64,000 bases of DNA from Promethearchaeota archaeon (GTDB lineage: Archaea > Asgardarchaeota > Lokiarchaeia > Sigyniarchaeales > SOKP01): assembly GCA_048937405.1 (NCBI GenBank), contig JBHLNF010000005.1:205227-269226 (forward strand), given 5' to 3'. The notes under the pieces were generated by a model that ran no database searches, was not told where the DNA came from, and was given only the letters and a program-made list of their open reading frames with translations. Positions 21,383 to 31,903 of this stretch are shown piece by piece. Numbering within the stretch: the first letter of the stretch is position 1; each line of letters starts with the position of its first letter. Both the position numbers and the translations under genes were made by a program.

Positions 21383-21400
21383 GAGTATTTGTTAAATAAA

Positions 21401-22540
21401 TTAAATAATGAGTGGATCTTTAGGAACATAGGTAACTTGTTCACATTTTTCTTTCCCAATGATGATATCATCTTCTAATCTGATACCCCATTTCCCAATC
21501 CAATATAGTCCTGGTTCATTTGTATATACCATATTCTCCTTGAGTTTAGTATGTTCGGGAGCTGAGGAACTTACTCGAGGACCAACACCATGAGCTTCAA
21601 AATCCAGTGCGTGTCCTAATCCATGGAAGAACAACTTTTCATGATCATAACCTTTACTAGCAAGATATTCACGACATTTTATTGCAGGTAATCGACTGGG
21701 AGTATCGTCAGTATAATACTTATTTGCAATTTCTTTCGATTCATACAGAGTTTTATATGCTTTTATGAATTCTTCTGAGGGATTATTGCCTACCCAATAT
21801 GTCCAAGTAATATCAGAACACATCTCATCTATTTGCATACCAGTATCAATAAGAAGTGGTCCAGGAATTATTTTTTTGTTAGAAGAATTATGATGTGGAT
21901 CAGCAGAATGCTCTCCAGTACCTATAATTGCCGGAAAAGCGGATCTACCAACTCTTGCGTATTCATATTCTAATTTTGCCATTAGTTCTCGTTCTGTCAT
22001 ACCCACTTTTGCAAAATCTGGAACTTTTTCCAATAATTCAATGGTAGCTTTGCATACATTCCGTAAATCCTTCAATTCTTCTTGAGATTTAATACATCTA
22101 AGTTCATATATGATAGGAGCTGCTGAAATAAATTCGGTTTGAGAAGCTATCTTTTTTATTGCTAAATATGTTCCATAAGGTATGTAATCTGCATATGAAG
22201 TAGTATTAACTTTAAAAATATTCTCCCCAAAATTAAGTGCTATTTTAGGTGTGTTTATTAAAGGTGATAATTTGTCAATAAAATCCTTCGTCGAATTAAA
22301 GGGGATTACTTCTGCGTTGATTTCCTTTTTTTTAAGGGAATTTCTTACCATATTTGATTCCATAACTATTGTAAGAACTTTATGGTTCCCATCAGCAGCA
22401 ATAAAAATCGCATGAAGGGCGTGAGAATCAACTCCTAATAAATATCGAGAATGAATATCATTATCTTCATTACATACTATTAACCAACCATTTGCATTTA
22501 ATTTTTGAAGTACTTGTTGAGCTTTTTCAAATTTATTCAT
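21401..22540 (-). CDS. M24 Xaa-Pro aminopeptidase/prolidase
   Basis: IDTG, SDIT, HGLGH, EPGLY, GIRLEDD. Confidence 0.92.
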   Translation of the reverse strand: MNKFEKAQQVLQKLNANGWLIVCNEDNDIHSRYLLGVDSHALHAIFIAADGNHKVLTIVMESNMVRNSLKKKEINAEVIPFNSTKDFIDKLSPLINTPKIALNFGENIFKVNTTSYADYIPYGTYLAIKKIASQTEFISAAPIIYELRCIKSQEELKDLRNVCKATIELLEKVPDFAKVGMTERELMAKLEYEYARVGRSAFPAIIGTGEHSADPHHNSSNKKIIPGPLLIDTGMQIDEMCSDITWTYWVGNNPSEEFIKAYKTLYESKEIANKYYTDDTPSRLPAIKCREYLASKGYDHEKLFFHGLGHALDFEAHGVGPRVSSSAPEHTKLKENMVYTNEPGLYWIGKWGIRLEDDIIIGKEKCEQVTYVPKDPLII

Positions 22541-22778
22541 AATTCATATCATTTAATTGATTTTAGTTAAGTAAGGCATAATTTAATAAAAATTATTATT
22601 CAAATAAAGTGATATATCCTGATTTATGAATTTAATATTTGCGATGTATCACTAAAACTAAAAAAATATTATCATTAATTTTTTTCTTAAAGAAGATAGA
22701 ATAATAAAAATATTTATTTTAGCGACGTTCATTAATTATTAAAAAGAAACAAAATTTTTCAAAAGGATAAGATTTGAA

Positions 22779-23231
22779 ATGACGGATGTAAAAAAGCTCC
22801 AATTAAGAACCGGTGCAGAAGTAGATTTTGATAAAAAAGCACCAAATACTCTTTTTGAGATGATTATTAGTGAGATTTTAATTCCTAAATATAAGGAAAA
22901 TGCTGATTGGAATTTAAGTTTAAATATTATTATTGAAGAGATGAATTATCTTATAAAAAAATATGACTTAAATCCCAAATTGAAAATTGGTCTACTAAAT
23001 GATGTTGAAGAACATTTAGATAAAGATATTGAGGAATTAACAGGTGTAGATAAGATTGAGATTTTGTTTTTAGGTATGGATGATTATGTTGAAGATATAA
23101 GAAAATTAATATTAGCAGGTAAAGATAAAGAAGAACTCCGAACAAGCATGGCTCAATTGATTATGCCATTGACAATTTTTGAATTATCAGAGCTTTTTAT
23201 TTATTTAGGAAAAAGAACTTTTTTAAAATAA
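22779..23231 (+). CDS. Hypothetical protein
   Basis: 150-aa ORF, no motif recognised. Confidence 0.65.
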   Translation: MTDVKKLQLRTGAEVDFDKKAPNTLFEMIISEILIPKYKENADWNLSLNIIIEEMNYLIKKYDLNPKLKIGLLNDVEEHLDKDIEELTGVDKIEILFLGMDDYVEDIRKLILAGKDKEELRTSMAQLIMPLTIFELSELFIYLGKRTFLK

Positions 23232-23287
23232 ATATTTTTTATCTTTTTTTAGCCCCCTTCAATCTTTCATTCTCATATAGTTATATA

Positions 23288-24088
23288 CTAATCAATATTT
23301 GCTTCTTTCGCAGTTTTATAAAGGTAATCAAAATAATACAATGATGCAGGTCCAAAAGCTACATGATCTGTTAAAATACCAAAATAGGACATTTTTTGGG
23401 GAAAGAAACTCTCTGAAAGTACAATAAACGCATCTTCTCCCTCATCGATAATTACTGCACTACCAAATACTTGATCTCTCCATCGTATTTCACATAGCGA
23501 ATCATATTTTTTAATCAAGGGTTGGAATTCTTTATCTTCCAATGCTTCAGCTTCAAGTAAAAGTCTTAAATCAGTCACCCCACGAGCTCTAGCTTTTTTT
23601 ATATCATCATAAAAAACTTCTAAAAATTCATATTTATTTGAAACAATATAAATAGATGTTTTTGCCAAATTAATTAAGGATAAGGCTTTATTGATACATA
23701 CATCCCTACCACGATGAATATATAGTGCGATCTTAATTGGTGTATCATGTGATTGATAAATAGGTGATAATGTATGGATGATTTTATTTGAGTGTTCATA
23801 AAAACTGTCACTATATTGTTTTTTAGCAATAACTAAGGCCTCATCCGGTGATTTAGCAAAGTATCGAGATGGACGACTCTCTTCTTCCTTGATTATCCAC
23901 ATTTTCTCTTTTTCGAGTTGAGTTAGAATATTATATATTCTTGAATATGGTACTCCAGAAGCTTCAGAAAGTTCTCTAGCATCCATAGGTCCTTTACTTA
24001 TTAGTGTAAGATATATTGAAATCTCATAATCGGTAAGACCAATAGACCTTAAAGACTCTTTTACATTTTCTGGAATTTCATTTGACAT
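23288..24088 (-). CDS. TrmB-family transcriptional regulator
   Basis: GLTDYE, ELSEASGVPYSRIYNIL HTH; PLD-like effector domain. Confidence 0.9.
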   Translation of the reverse strand: MSNEIPENVKESLRSIGLTDYEISIYLTLISKGPMDARELSEASGVPYSRIYNILTQLEKEKMWIIKEEESRPSRYFAKSPDEALVIAKKQYSDSFYEHSNKIIHTLSPIYQSHDTPIKIALYIHRGRDVCINKALSLINLAKTSIYIVSNKYEFLEVFYDDIKKARARGVTDLRLLLEAEALEDKEFQPLIKKYDSLCEIRWRDQVFGSAVIIDEGEDAFIVLSESFFPQKMSYFGILTDHVAFGPASLYYFDYLYKTAKEANID

Positions 24089-24483
24089 AATATTTCTATT
24101 TTGATTATTTTTATATTGTAATTAATGAATTTATGAATTAATAAGAATGTTAATATTATTTTTCTTTAAGAAAATTAAAATGATCTTACAAAATTAAGGA
24201 AAATAATGATAATTCTATTACTTACAATTAATTATTAAACTCTTATCTTTATGTATGTTTTTAAAAATTATTGAAAAAAGTAAAATAATAACAAATTATT
24301 AATAGATTGATAAGACTCAATACGGATTTTTCAACATTGGATTTAAAATTATATACACATTATTACTAAAAGAGAATAAAATTATAGATTTAATTAAAAG
24401 AAATTTAATAAATTATAAATCATATTTAATAATTAAGAAATATTTTTTTTTAAAAAGAATCAAAAAACGTAATTTGTGATTAA

Positions 24484-24903
24484 ATGGATATTGTCGATCT
24501 TAAAATATTAGAATTATTAAAAGAAAATAGTAGGATGTCATTTAATGATATTTCTCAAAATGTAGGTAAAACAGAAGCAACTATTAGAAGAAGAGTAAAA
24601 AGACTAACAGAAGAAGGAATTATTAAAAAATTTACTATAGATTTTAATATTGATAATAAACCACGAACGAGAGCTACTGTAAAAGTTGAACCCGATTTTA
24701 AGGAGATTAAAAGAATTTTGAAAGAATTATTAGATATTGAAGAGATTACGGATATTTGGAGACTTTCAGGTGATTGTGGATTATTCATGAAAGTTGAGAT
24801 ACCTTCTATTGAGCAATTTAATCCTTTAATTGAAGAAAAGATTTCTCAAATAAAAGGAGTAAAGATTGTGGAAACTTGCTTTATCACAGATGTGATAAAA
24901 TAA
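24484..24903 (+). CDS. Lrp/AsnC-family transcriptional regulator
   Basis: DLKILELLKENSR...TIRRRVKRLxEEGII HTH and RAM domain. Confidence 0.92.
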   Translation: MDIVDLKILELLKENSRMSFNDISQNVGKTEATIRRRVKRLTEEGIIKKFTIDFNIDNKPRTRATVKVEPDFKEIKRILKELLDIEEITDIWRLSGDCGLFMKVEIPSIEQFNPLIEEKISQIKGVKIVETCFITDVIK

Positions 24904-24992
24904 TTTTTTTGGGATGTTTCATAATTGTAATCATTAAATCAAGGTCTAAACCACATGATTTGAGTATTTAGAATATTGATTTTTATTCTCAC

Positions 24993-26378
24993 TTATTTAT
25001 CTAAGAGTTTATCAATGATGTTTATTCTTTTCTTTGTTTTCTTTAAATCACTTTGAAGTTTTTTTGAGCGTTTAGCATATTCCTCATCATTTAGTTTTCC
25101 GGAAGAGTGTTTTTTGTCGATAAATTCCATTAAATCCTGAACAGAAGTCAGTTTTGTTTCTAATCCCTCTTTTTCAGATTCTAAATCATTTTTAGACTTG
25201 TCCTTCTTTTTAAATTTAGGAGAAGATTCTATAGCTTTTTCTAAATCAGTTTCGTCCTTTTTAAGGCTTTTTGGTTTTGGTGGTAAATCGGTTAAAGTCG
25301 TATCATCTAATCCTTCAAAGATATCTGTTTTCCCTTTATCTTTTTTTTCAATAACAGATATTTTTTCCTGTTCTAGCGAAGATGCAGCTTGAATCGAATC
25401 AGACCTAATAGAAGTTTCTAATTCTTCAACATGAGAAGTCATTTCTTCTGATTCTATTGTTTTAGCTACTAATTTATCAATAGTTGATTTTATTGAATTA
25501 ATTTGAGTTTGAAGGATTTTTAATAGTTTTGCTAATTCACTATTATTAGAGATTTTCATTGAAATATCAACATCGATAGAAGCTGTTCCGGAAGAGATAA
25601 TTGATGGGATTATGTTTTGTTGAACAGATGCTTGTGTTGAATCTATACGGGTTTGAGTAGTAGGGATCGGAATATCCGAATTTGTTCTTAATTCCATTCG
25701 AAAATCGGAAATTAACCATTTAAATAAATTTAAAGCTAATTGGGGGTTATCATTACATTGAAATCCACCACCTACTTTATCTCTAAACATTTCATAACTC
25801 CCAATACAACAGACTCTTCCATTTTCTGGTTCTGAGACACAGATAAGAGGACAAGAGAATGGTTCTGATGTTTCATTTGAATCTGCTATTGAAAAAGCAC
25901 CAGTTCCAATAATAGAAAGAGAAGATCCTGATCTATAGCATAATGTAGCTATTCCTGCTGTAATTGGGTGGGGTATATTAAATGAAGAAATTAAAGGAAT
26001 ATTCTCTAATCCTAAATTTAACCGATCATCTAAAACCTGGTCGTTTTCAAAGGCAATACCAAATTGATCCGAAATTTCTGAGAGATTACTCCCACGTCCT
26101 CTATCTCCCCCAGCATGAGATAATAATAATAATCCTCCCCCGGAATTTTTAACCCAATTTGCAATAGCATTTATTTCTAGGGAGGAAATTCTGGAGAAAT
26201 CAGGGCAAACAAAAACAAGAATGTCATATGGCATTAAACTCTCTTCTGTAATTGGAACTTCCAGAAAATTATAACACATAAAATCATTAGAATTTAAATA
26301 ATCTCGAAGTTCAGTAAGATTTTCATCAATCTTGCCTCTTGGCTTATGAGAAATATCAAAAGCAATATGATATGGCAT
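24993..26378 (-). CDS. GIFT (GldG/IFT52-like) domain protein with C-terminal coiled coil
   Basis: IAFDISH, GGGLLLLSHAGG, NLxxIxxQFGIAFENDQV, GRVCCIGSYEMFRD, NxQLALNLFKWL; C-terminal GKLNDEEY hairpin. Confidence 0.75.
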   Translation of the reverse strand: MPYHIAFDISHKPRGKIDENLTELRDYLNSNDFMCYNFLEVPITEESLMPYDILVFVCPDFSRISSLEINAIANWVKNSGGGLLLLSHAGGDRGRGSNLSEISDQFGIAFENDQVLDDRLNLGLENIPLISSFNIPHPITAGIATLCYRSGSSLSIIGTGAFSIADSNETSEPFSCPLICVSEPENGRVCCIGSYEMFRDKVGGGFQCNDNPQLALNLFKWLISDFRMELRTNSDIPIPTTQTRIDSTQASVQQNIIPSIISSGTASIDVDISMKISNNSELAKLLKILQTQINSIKSTIDKLVAKTIESEEMTSHVEELETSIRSDSIQAASSLEQEKISVIEKKDKGKTDIFEGLDDTTLTDLPPKPKSLKKDETDLEKAIESSPKFKKKDKSKNDLESEKEGLETKLTSVQDLMEFIDKKHSSGKLNDEEYAKRSKKLQSDLKKTKKRINIIDKLLDK

Positions 26379-26542
26379 TTTAAATCAATATTATATTATT
26401 TAATATTTTTATTTCTTCAAATTCTTGTAATTACTGAGTAGTATTTTAATATTTCTATAATTAATATTTAACTATATTACATAGAAGTTATAAATCACTA
26501 TTCTCTAATCTAGTCTTGAATCTGAAAAGATAACAGAATCAT

Positions 26543-27640
26543 TCAATATACGCTTTTATCTCCAATAACCAAATTATCTTTACTAATATTCTCAACTTTT
26601 ACATTATTTCCAATTATAGAATTTTTTGAAATTATATTACTAAGATGAGCATTTGATTCAATTACGCTATTTTCTATAATACAATTTTCTAAATATGAAT
26701 TTTTTCCAATTGAAATATAAGGTCCGATAACAGAATTAATTATTTTTGTATTTTTTCCAATATGAACAGGATTTTTTAAGAATGATCTCCCTACAGTAAT
26801 GTTTAAATCCTTAAATTCTTCAGATTTGATAGAAAATTGTTCTAAAAGATATTTGTTACCGTTTAGAAGTTCTGAAGGACGCCCAAGGTCTAAATTGCCC
26901 TTCTTTAATTCAACCGCAGCTATTTTATACCCTTGATCTACTAAATCCTGTAAACTTTGTGTCATATAAACTTCCCCAGAATTATTGGTTCTTTGATCTA
27001 AATATTTTTTCAGATTTCTGAATAATGCGCATGTTGCACTATTTGAAAATGCATATGGTCCAGCAATAGCGAGATCGGATATAAATTCTTTTGGTTTTTC
27101 AACTAATTCTTGAATTAAATTATTTCCATCTACAGTAACAATTCCATAAGAACTTGCATTTTCCTTTGGTACTTTCATGACTGTTATTATCCCATCTACA
27201 TCAGATTCCCAATACTTATACATTAAATATGAATACTCATCAATAGGAATCATATCACTTAAGAAAATAAGTGATCCTTCTTTTTTATCATCTTTAAGAC
27301 TTTTCGAAGGAGATTCCGTAAATCTTGTATGTGCTAAATAGATAGCTTCTCCTAAGCCCCAATAATATGGAATACCTTCTTTATAACCTCTAGGGACTTG
27401 TTCAATGAATGTCAATTTAAACTTATCATCATAGTGTTTTCGAATATATTCCATTATTTGTCTTTTCTTATAACCAACTATTAAAATTAGTTCTGTATCT
27501 GAATCAAATGTGTTAATAAATTTTGTTAGAATATGATCTAAGACAGTTTTTCCTGCAACTCTTAAGAATGCTTTTGGTTTACTTAATGTAAATGGTCGTA
27601 ACCGTGATCCGATACCTGCAATGGGTCCTATTATTTTCAT
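26543..27640 (-). CDS. Sugar-1-phosphate nucleotidylyltransferase (glucose-1-P thymidylyltransferase-like)
   Basis: AGIGSRLRPFT..KPK, VEKP, C-terminal hexapeptide repeats. Confidence 0.9.
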   Translation of the reverse strand: MKIIGPIAGIGSRLRPFTLSKPKAFLRVAGKTVLDHILTKFINTFDSDTELILIVGYKKRQIMEYIRKHYDDKFKLTFIEQVPRGYKEGIPYYWGLGEAIYLAHTRFTESPSKSLKDDKKEGSLIFLSDMIPIDEYSYLMYKYWESDVDGIITVMKVPKENASSYGIVTVDGNNLIQELVEKPKEFISDLAIAGPYAFSNSATCALFRNLKKYLDQRTNNSGEVYMTQSLQDLVDQGYKIAAVELKKGNLDLGRPSELLNGNKYLLEQFSIKSEEFKDLNITVGRSFLKNPVHIGKNTKIINSVIGPYISIGKNSYLENCIIENSVIESNAHLSNIISKNSIIGNNVKVENISKDNLVIGDKSVY

Positions 27641-27664
27641 TGTTATTTGATTAGAAGAATTTTA

Positions 27665-28441
27665 TTAATAGAATTTAGATTTATCAGAATCAAACACTCT
27701 TTGTAAATGTCCAAATAAATAATCTAAACCGCTTTCTTCTTTAATTGAACAAGGAATTAATTCACTTGTTGATCCCATTTGAATAAAAACTTCTGAAATT
27801 AACATTGATAACTCACGAATTAATCCTTTTTCTCTTTCATTTGTGGAATCTTCTAATGCCTGAAAATCTTGACTCCAATTAATTATCATATCGATTTGAT
27901 CATCATCAATAAGATCTGTTTTTGAGAGGATGTTTATTAAAGGAATTTTTTGAAATCTAAATTGTACGGAAGCAGCAAGAAGTAATGTTGAAATGAACCC
28001 ATTAGGACGAAGTACAAAATTAGAGTCAAATAAAAAACTCACAGATCTTTGAATATCTCCAAATCCAAGAGTACTAGCTATTAATGGACCCGTTTCTCTA
28101 AACGCAAAAAGCTCAAGTTGCCCAGCTGTATCCACAAATATCCAATCTGGATTATAATCATCGATTTCTTCCTTTAAATCATCTAAATAATTAACCATTA
28201 AATCTGAGGCTAAAATTAGACCTCCATTTGGACCAAGTGTATATTGTTCCATAATTTCCTCTAAAATGATATAGTCTCTAATATCAATATCTGGTGTGTA
28301 AGGCATAGTTTTTACTCCGGGATCCAGATTTAATGTAATTGCTGAGATTTCTGGATCTCGATTTATTACATAGTTTTTAATCTCTCCTGTAAGAGTGCTT
28401 TTCCCACTTCCTGCTGTACCTATAAAATAATTTAATAGAAT
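27665..28441 (-). CDS. GPN-loop GTPase, extended 45 codons upstream of the ORF-track ATG; non-canonical start
   Basis: Upstream in-frame ILLNYFIGTAGSGKST (Walker A) and NLDPG; LGPNGG, DTAGQLE, SKTD. Confidence 0.9.
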   Translation of the reverse strand: MLLNYFIGTAGSGKSTLTGEIKNYVINRDPEISAITLNLDPGVKTMPYTPDIDIRDYIILEEIMEQYTLGPNGGLILASDLMVNYLDDLKEEIDDYNPDWIFVDTAGQLELFAFRETGPLIASTLGFGDIQRSVSFLFDSNFVLRPNGFISTLLLAASVQFRFQKIPLINILSKTDLIDDDQIDMIINWSQDFQALEDSTNEREKGLIRELSMLISEVFIQMGSTSELIPCSIKEESGLDYLFGHLQRVFDSDKSKFY

Positions 28442-28582
28442 TCTGAAAAACCTCAGTTATAAGATTATATTGATATATACAGATTTTTTAGGTCATTAAA
28501 GATCATTCATTAAGTAAGTGATTTCAAATCTTCAGAATTTGATAGGAAATATAATCTTGAGGATTAATTAAAATTTTATTAA

Positions 28583-29551
28583 TCACTTTGGTGGATTTAA
28601 TTTTTCTAATTGAATTTCTTTATTTTGTTGTTTCTTCAATCGTTTAATTTGATTTTTTATAGCCTCTTCTTCTTTTTTCATTAATTCGTCTTCACTAAGC
28701 ATAATTGAATTTAATTCTTCTTCAGATAATGGCTTTAAGATATTTTTAATATTGAATTCATTATTTTCATTGACATTTATTGTAAAAATTGATTTCATTT
28801 CTTTAATTACCATTAATTTATCCGCTGACATCTGTCCTTGTATTAAAGCTGGTTTTGTAGAGACTTTAATTCTCTCAATTGCTAGTCCAGATCCTCCTCT
28901 ATTAGGTATAGAAGGAACATATTGAATATTGGTTGGAGGAATATTTTGAAATGATAGAGATAAATTTTGTAAGGCTTGTTCTATCCTTTTTAAAGTCTTA
29001 TTACCTTCACTTATCAAGTGTGATAATGAATTCTCTTCAAATGAGCCCTCAATTTTACTTTTCTGATAGATGAGAGTCCTCTCTTCCTTATTTTCATGTA
29101 CATTTTTCTTTATTTCCTGAAATATTTTCTCTTGTGATATTTTGCCTGAAAAATTTCTTTTGTTCTGTAATTCTTCAAATTCGAAGCCATCATAGCACTC
29201 ATCATTAACCCATATATCCAATATATTGTAGCTTTCTTCAAAATAATATTGAAATTTTTGACCAGAGAATAAAAAAATTGATACTCTCAATATTTTAATT
29301 TGTAACTCATCAACGTTAATCAACTCATCTAATTCAATGGAGAAGGATAGAGATTCCGAAGAGTGATATAACTTTTTAATTGCAATAAGATAGGGAGGTT
29401 GATGAGGATGTATTGCTTGTCTTGAAATCTCAAATTGTAATGTTAATCGTTTTATTTTTTCTGGAAGAAATAAAATTTGTTCTTCTTCATTTTTTTTGAA
29501 TTCCAAAAATAATTTGTGTTGATCGTCCCAAAAAATATGGAACAATTCCAT
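28583..29551 (-). CDS. Hypothetical protein (globular N-terminus, low-complexity/coiled-coil C-terminus)
   Basis: 322-aa ORF. Confidence 0.65.
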   Translation of the reverse strand: MELFHIFWDDQHKLFLEFKKNEEEQILFLPEKIKRLTLQFEISRQAIHPHQPPYLIAIKKLYHSSESLSFSIELDELINVDELQIKILRVSIFLFSGQKFQYYFEESYNILDIWVNDECYDGFEFEELQNKRNFSGKISQEKIFQEIKKNVHENKEERTLIYQKSKIEGSFEENSLSHLISEGNKTLKRIEQALQNLSLSFQNIPPTNIQYVPSIPNRGGSGLAIERIKVSTKPALIQGQMSADKLMVIKEMKSIFTINVNENNEFNIKNILKPLSEEELNSIMLSEDELMKKEEEAIKNQIKRLKKQQNKEIQLEKLNPPK

Positions 29552-29706
29552 ACTAAATTTTTCCCTTTTTATTTTTGATTAAAGCATACAATTCGATATA
29601 TCTACCACTTTAATTCACGCATTAATAAAAAATATAGCCGGATAAGTAATTTAATGATTTACAATAATTAACCTATTAAAATAATGGAATAAAATTAGAA
29701 CAAATT

Positions 29707-30093
29707 CTAATTAGCTTTTTTTAATTTTGATAAATAGTAAATTGGTCTTTTTATCTGGGTTTTAAAATACTCAATCTCTTCTTTTGTATGATCTCCAATA
29801 TAATCATTAACATCCAAGACTAGTATAGCTTCTTGATCTTCTAATTTTTTTAAGGCAATTTCCTGCAATTTTTCCCATTCTGTAGAAGAAAAGTCGTTTT
29901 TATTTAATAGCCCATCAACTGAACAAATTGAGACAATTTTTTTATAAATTATTTGTAAAATGGACTCGATTTTAATAAAATATTCTTTGAACTTTATAGA
30001 ACCAACCAAAAAGATTTTATCTTCTTTTATTTTTGAAAAATCATACACACTGAATTCATGCAAGAAATTCTTATTTAATCGTTCTTTTACCAT
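29707..30093 (-). CDS. Hypothetical protein, nucleoside 2-deoxyribosyltransferase-like fold
   Basis: IFLVGSIKF and AILVLDVNDYIGDHTKEEIEY pattern. Confidence 0.6.
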   Translation of the reverse strand: MVKERLNKNFLHEFSVYDFSKIKEDKIFLVGSIKFKEYFIKIESILQIIYKKIVSICSVDGLLNKNDFSSTEWEKLQEIALKKLEDQEAILVLDVNDYIGDHTKEEIEYFKTQIKRPIYYLSKLKKAN

Positions 30094-30129
30094 AATATAA
30101 TTTATTCTGAATTAATTTTTAAGTTTCAC

Positions 30130-30930
30130 ATGGAATTAAACAAGGTTTACTTAGCAGAAAATCTAGAATTTTTAAAAAAATTAGATTCAAATTTAATTGA
30201 TTTGATTTATATAGATCCTCCTTTTTTTAGTGGAGTAGATTATAAAGAATTTTCTGACTTATGGAAATCCTTAGATGACTATTTAAGCTTTATGATGATA
30301 AGGATTAAAGAAATGTATAGAGTACTTAAAGAAACTGGAAGTTTTTATTGCCATTGTGACAATAATGCTTCATTTGAATTAAAGACTATATGTGATAAGG
30401 TTTTTGGGCGAAAATTTTTCAGAAGAGAAATCATTTGGAATGTAGGAAGTGTCTCAGGATTTAAAAGTCAAGTAAAAGGTTGGATAAGACAACATGATAA
30501 AATTTTATATTATACAAAATCAGAGAATTTTATATTTAATAAGCAATATACGCCCTACAAGGATGAATATATTAAAAAAATGTTCCGTTATAAAGATGAA
30601 AATGGTCGACTATATAGGAAAAGACGAGGTGGGAAACAATACTTGGATGATAAACCCGGTAATGCCATAGGTGATGTATGGAATGATATATATTCATTTC
30701 AAACAACTACTAGATCAAAAGAATACCTTGGATATCCTACCCAGAAACCAGAAAAGTTAATAGAACGTATTATTTTAGCATCTTCAAATGAAGAAGATCT
30801 TGTAGCGGACTTTTTTTGTGGTACAGGTACAACATTAGCTGCTGCTAAAAGACTAAATAGAAACTGGATTGGAGTAGATAATAATTCCAAAGCTATTGAA
30901 TTATGTAAAAAAAGATTAAATATTAAATAA
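30130..30930 (+). CDS. Beta-class N6-adenine/N4-cytosine DNA methyltransferase
   Basis: IYIDPPF, YPTQKPE, DFFCGTGTT. Confidence 0.92.
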   Translation: MELNKVYLAENLEFLKKLDSNLIDLIYIDPPFFSGVDYKEFSDLWKSLDDYLSFMMIRIKEMYRVLKETGSFYCHCDNNASFELKTICDKVFGRKFFRREIIWNVGSVSGFKSQVKGWIRQHDKILYYTKSENFIFNKQYTPYKDEYIKKMFRYKDENGRLYRKRRGGKQYLDDKPGNAIGDVWNDIYSFQTTTRSKEYLGYPTQKPEKLIERIILASSNEEDLVADFFCGTGTTLAAAKRLNRNWIGVDNNSKAIELCKKRLNIK

Positions 30931-30982
30931 AATAATACTAACCAATTTAATTTATGCTAAGTATTTCTTAAAAATAAGATAA

Positions 30983-31342
30983 ATGATTATTATGAAGGAT
31001 AAGTATGCTTTATTTGCTTTTAATGGAGAACCAATGTGTTTTATTCATGTAATATTAAACGCATTAGAAATGGATAAAAAAGGTTATGAAGTAAAGGTAA
31101 TTATAGAAGGATCTGCTACTAAATTGGCAGATCAATTTGAAGATAAGAAGAATCCTTTTTATGAAAAATATCAAGAGTTAAAAAAATCTGGATTAATTGA
31201 TTGTTTCTGTAAAGCTTGTAGTAATAAAATGGGAACTTTAAAAAAAGTTGAGGATCTTGGATTTCCTACTTGTACCGAACTGATGGGACATCCAAGTATG
31301 GAAAAATATATTGAACAAGGTTATTCAATAATAACTTTCTAA
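30983..31342 (+). CDS. DsrE-family protein
   Basis: EPMCFIHVILNALEM, IIEGSAT, CKACS, GHPSM. Confidence 0.75.
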   Translation: MIIMKDKYALFAFNGEPMCFIHVILNALEMDKKGYEVKVIIEGSATKLADQFEDKKNPFYEKYQELKKSGLIDCFCKACSNKMGTLKKVEDLGFPTCTELMGHPSMEKYIEQGYSIITF

Positions 31343-31353
31343 TTGAACTAAAA

Positions 31354-31731
31354 TTAATCTCTTTCTATAATTACAGCAGGAATTCCAAGCCATTCTCTTG
31401 CCTCTTCAAGGTTTTCTACTATTTTTCTTTTGGGTGAATCTGCTCTTTCGAATAAAATCTCCGCTTCCTTTTTTAGGACAAGGTTTTTTGAAATAATATA
31501 GGCAGATTTAACTAATCTATCATTATTTCTTTTAAGAAGATCCAAAATCATTTCAAAAGATTTAAGATTTAACAAGATAAGATCTAAACCATCGACTATT
31601 ACTGAAATACTTTTAAAATCTTTTGTTCTTTCCTCAAATTCTTCAATAAACCTTTCGGCAACTGAAGGAGGAAACGTTCCAAGTGCTTTTACATAAAGGT
31701 GAGTTTCTCCTATCTTCTCGATTTTATACAT
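31354..31731 (-). CDS. STAS/SEC14 (SpoIIAA-like) domain protein
   Basis: Size, VIVDG strand, terminal NLEEAREWL motif. Confidence 0.55.
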   Translation of the reverse strand: MYKIEKIGETHLYVKALGTFPPSVAERFIEEFEERTKDFKSISVIVDGLDLILLNLKSFEMILDLLKRNNDRLVKSAYIISKNLVLKKEAEILFERADSPKRKIVENLEEAREWLGIPAVIIERD

Positions 31732-31903
31732 ATTCTAAAACTCAATAGTACAATTAATATAATTAATATTTATCAAATCTAAATATTTATTTTATTGTCC
31801 AATAAATTCTAAAAAAGTTATATTTATTTATAAATGAGATTCTGAATTTAGATGCAATGAAAGAATTTCACGTGAAGATATTAATTTCTTTTTTGAATTA
31901 TCT

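Noticed and set aside
30130-30930. Complete restriction-modification system
   Set aside because: No recognisable endonuclease or specificity subunit adjacent
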